Positions 1 through 9,600 of a stretch of DNA of 58,403 nucleotides are shown here, piece by piece. The translations under genes and the position numbers were made by a program. Origin of the DNA: a virus (taxonomy: Duplodnaviria > Caudoviricetes). The DNA lies in the IMG/VR virus record IMGVR_UViG_3300007276_000054, positions 1 to 58,403 of that record. One strand, written 5' to 3'. The notes beneath the pieces are model-generated. The model did not search any database. It was not told the DNA's origin and saw only the letters and a list, made by a program, of their open reading frames with translations. How positions within the stretch are numbered: the first letter of the stretch is position 1; the number at the start of each line of letters is the position of its first letter.

Positions 1-189
1 AATCTCTGCGTCTACCCTAGCCTTCGCTTCTTCAGGCGACACGTCAGGCTCATTGTCCAACAGATTTTTTACAATGCCTAACGCCCCGCTGTCTGGAAGC
101 AAGTCACCTACAGTGTCTAGCACATTGGGTGCTGCCTTAGCTAGCCACTTCCCTAGCCCGGTGTCCTTAATCTTTTTCTTTTCAGCCAT
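1..189 (-). CDS. Putative 3-TM holin, N-terminal part (runs off left edge)
   Basis: Not in the ORF track. Manual translation: MAEKKKIKDTGLGKWLAKAAPNVLDTVGDLLPDSGALGIVKNLLDNEPDVSPEEAKARVDAEI. Start overlaps the DUF5675 stop; the matching C-terminus appears at 58288-58403. Confidence 0.7.
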   Translation of the reverse strand, partial: MAEKKKIKDTGLGKWLAKAAPNVLDTVGDLLPDSGALGIVKNLLDNEPDVSPEEAKARVDAEI

Positions 190-652
190 CGTAATCTGTG
201 TATGTTATGGTGCAGTCTTCACATCCTAGTGCCTCTGCAATCGCTGGGTAAACTCTTCTGTATGCTTCAGTAGAGCCCCCTACAAATCCAGTTGACTTTA
301 TGTTTTCTGTTTGAGTATTGCCTAGCAACAGGCAACCGCTCGTATCCCCTTCGTCATTGCCGCAATGAATCAGGATGTGCTTGAAATTAGGAACCTCCAT
401 CACCTCAAGCATCCCCTTGTGCATCTCTCCAAATCTTTTTGAATACCTATCGTGGTATCCTCCCCACGTTTTTAATCTGAGGTTGTATGTGCCAGATGGG
501 ATTCTTGTTTCGTGCATGACTTTTTCTTTCCTGTCTTCGTCCTCTAAGGTGAAGCAAAGAAATTCTCTGAAATCACTCCCGTTGCTTACATCAAACAGAA
601 GTCCAAGCGTGTCATTCTTTTGACTACTAAACCTTACTACCTCTAGATTCAT
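182..652 (-). CDS. DUF5675-family protein, candidate endolysin
   Basis: TLG.L...FTLED...ETRIPSGTY...HILIHCGNDEGDTSGCLLLG signature; lies next to the holin. Confidence 0.75.
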   Translation of the reverse strand: MNLEVVRFSSQKNDTLGLLFDVSNGSDFREFLCFTLEDEDRKEKVMHETRIPSGTYNLRLKTWGGYHDRYSKRFGEMHKGMLEVMEVPNFKHILIHCGNDEGDTSGCLLLGNTQTENIKSTGFVGGSTEAYRRVYPAIAEALGCEDCTITYTDYDG

Positions 653-3600
653 TCTTCCAATGCTTGTAGATAAATATCCGTCTCAATCTTAGACGGCTCT
701 AGCATACTGAAGTAAGCCTGTGCCATCTCGCTTAACTCTTTGTAGTCCTGAGTATTCATGGACAAAGCCTTGGCTCGCATCACAACGTAGTAGTCTCTAC
801 TGTTCTTGACTCTCCTTTGTATTTCTCTGAGCTCACCTATATGCTTCTTAAAGGTGTCGGGGAACCTCTTCCGCATTGCTGTTTCAGCGATAGGTTGATT
901 GAATCCTTTTGAGAAAGCGTTAGCAACCTTATCAGCTTGCTGTGGGTCTGCTCCTGCTTCTTCCATGAGCTTCAAGAAACGAACTCTTCCACCCTTCTCG
1001 TCAATGTTTTTGACAGCTTCAGAGAATTGAGGGTCACTGGCAGCCAGTGCGTCCGCAACCACTTCATACGCAGCCAAGTCTTCCTCGCTGCCTAGGGCTC
1101 TTTCCTTACCCATGTTGTCAAGTGTCTTGATTAACTGCTCGGCTTCTTTGTTTCCGAAACCAATCAAGTTACCTCCAGTCATAGCTAGCTTCATGTAGAA
1201 ATACATTGCCATGTTTGGCCGGTCTTCAGGTCTTACGAAGTACTCCCTTCCTGTAGATGTAACAACTTTGTTGCTACCACTAGACATACTAATGACGTTA
1301 ATCATAGTGTTGTGAGACTCCGTAAGGAACTGACCGTATGGTCCGACGTAAGACAGCATAGACATAGGGTCACCCGGTTCAGTCCTAGACCCATAGATAG
1401 GAACACCACCTTTAACCTTGGACCAGCGCTCATAACGCTCGTCATAGCTCTCTTCACCTATGCCGAAGTTGTCCTCTTCAAGAAGCGGGAATATTAAGTA
1501 CTTGTTTACAGCAAACCTCATACTATTGTCAATCATCGCAAGAGGAATCTGCGGGAGGAAATCCACCAACGTAGATGCCCCTACATCCCACCAAGCCTTC
1601 TGCTTATCCTCTTCTGTTAACTGGTCTTCATCATCCCCAAAGATTGCAGATACTATAGCTGGCAACAGAATCTTACCCACCATGTGGAACGTAGCCAGCT
1701 CCGCAACACTACCGACGAGCGCCTTACCTCCTTCTCCTTTAGCCTTACCGCTTCCGTAGAAAATCTTCTTGACATCCGAGGTGATGCTTCTCTTCTTGTT
1801 GACGGCAAACCTAGAGAACGGGAGCAGAAAATTCTGCATTAAATAGGCGAGTTGAGGAGCAAAATCACTGCCCCCAGCGTACAGGTCAGCGGCCTGACGT
1901 GGAGTAGAAGCCGCTTGGTCTTTCGTCACCAATGAATCCGCATAACTCAGTGCCTCTTTGTTGGGACTAACGGCCTCTTGCTCCCAGTCAATGTCGCTTA
2001 CACTGTCAACTACACCCTGCTCAATTAGCGCATCAGCATAGAATCCAAACCACGAAGCGATAGCAACCACCTTGTCCGTACCCTTGAGGTTCTTGAGTGC
2101 GAGCTTATTTAGATACTCCGTCACCTTTTGGAACTGCGTAGCGTCAAATTCCATAGACCCAGTAAACGGGTCGATGTTACCGGCCTCGTAATCCCTGCTG
2201 AATACCGGGGAGTTCTGCAATAGTCTGTATCTGCCGTTGTTGTCCAGAGCAATCTTAGAGTCAGCCATGAACAAGCCCTTACCGCTGTGGTAAACCATCT
2301 CGGCTACCGTTTGCAATACATAGGGGAATGTCTTCAGTGGGTTCTTCGCTTGGAAGAAGGTGTTCAAGATTACTGGCGACTGCTTAGCCGTCTGAATCAA
2401 GAATCCACCAAAAGCCTTGGTGATTACAGCCAGCCTAATAATGTAGCTTGGGTTCTCGAAACGTTTACCGAACAAGACAAAGTCCTTCTGGAATACAGCG
2501 GGAACCTTGCCCGTGTCTTGGTGTACGTACTTGGAAATCTTTCTTTCTAGAGCCTGTTTAACTGTAGTATTGGGTATAAGGTCAGTGGCCTCTTGGGAAT
2601 TCATAACGAATCTATGTGCCAGTGTAGAGCCAACAGTCTCCATTAGCGTAACGTTCTCCCTCAATGTAGATTCATTGACTCTTAAGAAGTCTAAACCAAT
2701 AATAGCTTTACTCCCTGACAATGACCTTGGGTTACGTTCAAAGCTACTTCCAGCAACCTTCTTGGTTTGACCAAGTGCTGATTCAGTAAGGGCTTTGTGA
2801 AAGCCTTCAAACATTCTCATGGTTTCATTTACCACATCGTTTTTAGTTTGAATACGGACATCAAAAGGAGTGTAGTTGTCCTCCATCACTAGCTCTTTAC
2901 CTAGGTATCTCTCAACGTAGTTAGAGAACTGAGGAATCAAACCAACATGCATATCAACCATGAAGTCTACAAACTGAACTAACTCAGGTGATTCAGACTT
3001 AACCTTAGCTTGCAGCTCCTGAAGGCTATTGGTGTCACCAAACATAAAGTCATACGCTGCTTGCATTTCTGCAATCTCCGCCTTGGAAAACGCGCCACCT
3101 GCTGCGACCTGCTGTTGATTGTGGTATTCAATCGTGCGCTGCATGACTCCCTTTAGATTCACAAACCACTCAGCGGCGTTCTGACCTTCCTGAGTTTCAT
3201 TGTCAATGACGGGGACTTGACGGCTCATAGAGAATATCTGCATGATAGCCTTCTGACGAACTCCAGTAATCTTTTTCTTGCTCTTTCTCTCTAGCTCCTC
3301 AACCTTCTCAGACATCTTCTCTACGAGCATTGAGTGCCTGAAGTCAGCTCTACCGAAAGCGCCTTCAATAGAACCAAAGCCCAACGAACGTCTGAGTCTT
3401 GCTATCGTGATGTCATCCGTAGAAAAAGCCATCCGAATGTAGGAGTCAACCGTGTCCAAAAAGCCCATGTAAACCTTGGGTCTAGCCTGAAGACCTTCTT
3501 TCTTGAGACTTGCTAAATCACTAGCGTAATCTATATTACCTCGGACCAATGAATGAACATACCCCAATCCAAACACAGAGCCATTAACAATGAAGTCGTC

Positions 3601-6600
3601 AAGCTTGTAATCTAGGTGAGCTAGCTGTCTCCTATTAAGCTTTAGTAGTCTGTTCTTTAGGTCCGCGAAGTTCAGTTTACTCGGGTCTGCAATTCCTAAG
3701 ATGTCTGCAATCATAGGCTCTTCTAGAAGCACGTCAAGGTTAGCTGCAATTCTAGGCAACATGACGTCATCTACAATCATCTCTGATTCCTCTTCATTCT
3801 TGCCTGACTTCTCGTTGTACAGTGCCTCAAGTACACGCTCAAGGTGAGCGGGATTGCTGCTATCGAGCTGGTCGTTTACATTATTCTTATTCCACTCATC
3901 GATGTATCTAAGAATGTTCTTTCTGTTTTGAGATAGTTGAGACCTCTCATAACCAGCCTTGATTTTGTTGTACTCCTCGTCAACCGTAGTGTTGTTCTTA
4001 AGGGCCAGTCTCTCAGCTCTTGCTGCAAAGACAGCGTTTCTTCCTAGCGTTTCTTTAGATTGAAACTGAGCAACCAAAACTGCTAGGTCTTCAGCGGGTA
4101 GCTTAGGAAACGACACCGCTTCCCTTCCGTCTTCTCCCTTCTTTATTTGAGGGGCTTTCATCGAGCCCAGCGTAGCAAGGAGAGTCTGTTCGAAGGTTGT
4201 AATATCTTCGTTGTCCAGTAATGCTGGGTTGATTTTAGCTAATGCTTCTGCGTACTTGTTGTATGTCGCTGTAGACTTCAGCGCCTCGCCAGCCTTCCTT
4301 GGCTTTGCTGCTTTCCCTAGTCTCTTCTGCAATCCCCTAACCCTATTTACTTGGTCGAGGTACTCCTGCATTGCCTTCTTGGTATCTCTAGCATCGAAGA
4401 CGGCAGATAGCTTATCAATAAACGTCTGCATAACCTCAAAGCCTTCCGCCTTTACCCTTTTCCCGGACACTCGGTGAGCTTCTCTTGCAATCTTAAACAG
4501 CTTCTGAACCTGCGAGCTAGTAAAAGGAGTCTTGGAGTTTTCCTTCATTCGTTCCTTGACAATTTCTATTGCCTCCCTAAGGAACTCTTTGTAGTTTTTA
4601 GACTTGTCCCTCAATTGTTCGAGGTCGGTTCTAAGATTCTTGGCTTCAGTGGTAAGCTTTCTCACCTTCTTGTTCACCTCTTTCTTTCCAATGAGTCTTC
4701 CACGCTTGAAGTCATAAGCCCTACGGTACGCAGCAAGCGCAGCCTCCTTGGACATGCCCATGTCCTGTAACAGCTTTAAGATTTCTGGCTTGGCGTATGC
4801 CATGGTAGCCATCTGCCCAATAGACGCTTCGAGTCTTACCGGGTTCTTTCTTCTCTTGTCTCGCTTTACTGTGGGGTTACTGTATTCCTTGTCTAAGAAG
4901 TCAGCAATCTGACGAGTCAGGTCACCTTGAAATTTTACTTCCCCGGATACATCCCCTGCACTACGGCTAGTTCCTCCCCCTCTAGTTCCTTCCCGTCCAG
5001 AAGCTCCACCGCTTCTATCCACGTCTCTAGATTCGGGCTGCTCTCTGCCAATCTTGGATACGGCGTCCCGAATAGCGGGAGCCCAATCCGGCGTTCCAAT
5101 TCCGCCTGCTTCTTTGAGAAGCCCTTCTCTAAGTTGCTCTCTTGTAATTTCTGCATTTCTATACTTGGTATGGAGTGATTGAATCCTTGACTTATTTGCC
5201 TCGCTGTTCTTAAATCCAGCGGTATAGAGAAGCCTGACAGCCTCCCACGTAATGCTTTGCATCTCTCTTGGAAGCAAGCCTCGTTCCTCAGCGGCAATCC
5301 TATATGCTTCAAGATAAGCATAATAGTTACCGGAAATAGCGTGAACTGACGAATTAGAAACTTTTAACTCAGCGAATCCTTTCTTCAGGGCCCAAGGTTT
5401 CCAGTCTGCAACGCCCTTTACTTTTATACCAGCTGCTTTGGCTAGATTGGCGACCTCTTTTCCCCCGTAAACAACACCGTTCTTGTCTATGAAGGTGCCC
5501 CCAGTTGCTCCGAAGTTAGCTCCCACCTCCCCAGAAGAGGAAGACATGGGCTTGAGGAGGGCCGCTCCTACAGCGTGAGTATCAATGGTGGTGTCTGAGC
5601 CAAATCCGGGGTTGTGGATGTTGTTGAAGAAGTGTCGAATCTTGTGCTGCTCACCAAGCACCCTAGAAATCTCAGCTACATCTTCGGTAAGCAGGGCCGA
5701 AACAGCCTTGTCAATCATAGTCAAGGAAGACCAAGCGGCCCTCGACTCCTTGCCTTGTAAGTTTGTCTTCTTACCCCCCCGCTCACCGCTCGGTGTAATG
5801 ATGTCGTAAGACCTAGACATGTTCAGGTCAACAAAGGCCCACACAGCCATGGCTCTGACATTTCCCGGAGGGAGCTCAACAATAGAAGTACCGACGTACT
5901 TAGACAGCTCTCTAGCCCACGCAACTTTTGCACCCCCTGCATTCATGAAGAAGTCTACCATCTCTTGCGTGACTGGCTTATTGCCATTGTTAACCACAGC
6001 TTCGATGACCACCTCTCCAAGTCTGACGTTTTGGTACCAGTCCTTTTGAGGGGACAGGGCAGCAATGGCTGCCGCAACCTGAATCGGGTCAATGTCGTAC
6101 TCCTCCGCCAGTTGCTGGGCAATAATGTTGGCACCATCGTACCAAAGTGTAGCAACCTCCCTTAGGTCTGCCTCGAACGCATCGTGAAGGAAGAGCAGGT
6201 TGTTCTTTGCTTCCTCAATAAAGATATCGTACACCTCATCAGCGTACTTCATTGCGTCCTTACCCTCGAAAACAGAGTTCTTAAACTTTCTTACGCCTGC
6301 AACGATGTCAAGTTGAGACAAAAAGAGCGCGTTCTTGACGTAGATTTTAGGCTCGTTTTCTTTTACGTGAGCCAGACTAAGTATGTAGCTGTCATCTAGC
6401 TTAGATGATTTTGCAGTACCATACCCTTGACCAATTCTAGTCCCTTTAATGGTTTGCTTTTTGATTGACCGAGCAAACTCGCCCATCAACTTGGGCCCGA
6501 ACTTAGGGTCGTTCTCTGGACTAGGCTCAGCGAGCGCGTCTTGGAACTTGATAGGCACCCCTTCTGGCGTGGTCTTACCAGTGTCAAACATTGGGTCAGA

Positions 6601-9600
6601 AGGAAGAACCTTCTTCGTGTCCTTGGCAAGGACAAGAGCACCGATTTGAATGAGCTCACTAGCTTCGGTGACGGGCATACCGTCGCGCTTGTCGTAGAAC
6701 CAACTGTGTCTATAGGGATTCATACCAACCTGAACCCACCCCTCCTGAACACCCTCAGACTTATGGTCCTTGTGGTACTCTTTGGAGGCCATAATTTTCT
6801 CAGCCTTAGCCTTGATGGTTGCGGGGTCGTGATTCACCCAGTCACCGAACATCCTAGCTATTGTAGTCTTGTTTGTTCTAGTTGCAATACTCAACGAGCC
6901 GATTGGACTACCGCCAAACTTGACACCTTTAATTACGCCAGTCTGAGAATAAGCAACAGCCTTTCCGCTGGTGTCGCCAATCTTCTTTGCAAATGAGGAT
7001 GCGGTCTTGTTGCCTTCGTGAACAGAGGCAACCCATACATCGTAAGTATTGTATGCAGGGATATCTAATCTCAACCCAACAAAGTAACCCTCTGGTAATT
7101 CCTTATTGAGGTCGTAGATTCCTGTCTCCAACTGAGAACTTTTCAAGGCTGCGCCAATCTCTGGTAGCGTAGGCATATCGGGCACTACATCAAAAGGCGT
7201 GATAGGCATAACCCCTCTTACCACTTCGATGTATTGTTCCTGTGTAAGCGTCCCCTCTTTCATGGCCTCAATAGCCTCTACATTTCTGGGGACTCTATCA
7301 AGTCTTTGGTTTTTATCTAGCTTGAGTTCTGACTTAAGTTCTGTAAGCTGTTCCTCTGTTAAGTTGGCTGTGCTTAGGAAGCTCTCTAGCCCGGCGCCAG
7401 TTCTCAAGCTTTCATCAAGCTCTCCTTGAAACCTAACCTCCTCGTCGTCAGAAACTTGACGCTCTTCAGGCTTTAAATTCAGCCCCTCTGTAGCCTTTGA
7501 AAGACCAGCTACCGCCTCTGTAACATCTTCGCCCGAAGCCATCCTTCCCGTTAGGTTTTCAATAGCTCTACCTACGTCAGAGATGCCCGGAGTTGGAATC
7601 TTTCCAACAAAAGGCAATGGGCTAAGACCACGGTTTATCAATCCAGAAAACCGCTCAATCAATCCACGCTTCACCTCAATGCTCAAGTTACCGGCAGAGA
7701 TGTCCGCTAGAAGCTCCGTCAAAAACTCATCTGCAAATGCAGCAGACTGCATAAGCTTAACTATGTCGGTCTCCTTTGTTCCGTCAATACCTAAAGCCGT
7801 TAGTTGCTCTTGAACTCTCTCGCTTTGAAGCACTCTACTTAGGTACTTGCCGAACTTGTTGGCAACACCTTCACCTTGAAGAGATTGCGCTAGCTCTGTA
7901 GCTAAACCAACGAGAGCCTCGTCACCCAACATCGCGTCAAGACCTAGCTCGTGGTACCCTTCGTGGTACGCTGTGTTTTCAAGAATCGCAGGAACGAGCA
8001 AATGAATTTTGTAACCGCCGTCTTGTTGCTTAGCGACATACACACCTCTACCAACCTTTCCACCCGGGACAGAGTTTGCCATAGACGCTATAGTCTTATG
8101 AATCATAATCCCCTTGAACCCCTTCTTCGTCTTCGATAATGTCTTTACCGCAGTGATTGTGTTCCTTAAGCCATCCATAACGGCCTGAGGAGAAGATATT
8201 CTACCTAACCCAAGAGGCAAGTTCAATGCCATTTTATCGAGCAACAGATTATTAATCCTGTCAAGGACATTATCCGAGTTTGCTTCGTCAACAACAACGC
8301 TTTCCTTTCCTTCAAACAAGGTGTCAAGACTGTACTCTTCAAGAACTCTGGACACGTTGTCCATTATCTGGTTAGTCGTAGTCCGAGAACCCAAGTCGTG
8401 AGAAACATCAAGGTCTGTTTCCAGCTTTGCTCTCTGCTTAACCAATCCGTTTACTTCGTTCCTAAGTCTTCTTCTCTGGCTTTTGTTTTCAGTGCGTTCG
8501 TAATCAATAGCCTTCTTCGTAATCTGTGTTTGAATATCTACAAGAGTTGAGTAGGCTTCGGGGTCTGATTGTCTTAGCTCTTCATAGTAATCTCTTCGCT
8601 TCTTTCCCTCCGACTCGTTCTTTTGAATAGCGCCTACTAGTCTAGCCATTACTTCTCGGCGACCAGATACAGTTTCTTGAGCGTCTAGTTCTTTCTTGAG
8701 CTGTTGAATTACCAGCTTAGATTGTATAGACGGGATAGAACTTGCAGCTAAGCCAAGTGCCCCAACAGATGAACCAGCACCTGCAATACCACCACCCATC
8801 ACAGCACCTGCATAGAAGCCGTTCTTTATGGCCTTGTCCATTTGGACAACATCAATGTCTTGACCTTTTGCGTTCTGCTCAATGACGTACTGCATGCCGC
8901 CTGTGACAGCCTCTGTAATCGCCTCTTCTCCCATTGCAAGGGGAGTGTTCATGATTGCACCGTAGATGAAATCAGCAGCGCCTTTTGAGTTAGCCCTTAA
9001 GCCTTTAAACCTGTCAAATATTTTAGCACCTACAAATGCGGGCGCACCTTCTGCAACACCATACCCTAGAACGAAACCACCTTGCTGTACAACGTTCATC
9101 TTATTGAACCATTCCTCGTCACGAGCAATGTCATAAGCCGTCAACGAGCCCATCCCAGCTACAACTCCAGCAGTGAGCTTACTGTTTCCTGTAAGCCTTT
9201 GAGTGACAATAGCAGCAGCCATCATTGGCACACTATGGCCGAAGTCAGAGACAACATCTGCCATGCCTCCAGACCAGTCTCCGTTTTCAAACTTTGAAGC
9301 AGGGTCAACTTGAGGCGTTGAACTGTACCTATCAATAGAATTTGATAATTCCTTATAGGCTTTACGGTGCATGTCTGTCTTCTGCCTTCCGTATGCCCAC
9401 TCCCCAAACGCTAACTCAACAGCGTTTACGCCAACGTCCTCTAATCCGACACCTAACGTGCCCACTATCTTAACAACTTCTGAGCCTAACCCACGGAAGA
9501 AATCAGCAGTAACGTTACGTCCTTCAGACGTGTCACCGATGTACCCAGTGTCGTTGAGGTCCGCCATAATGTCGTACTCCTCAAGGAGGTGACGCTCAAG

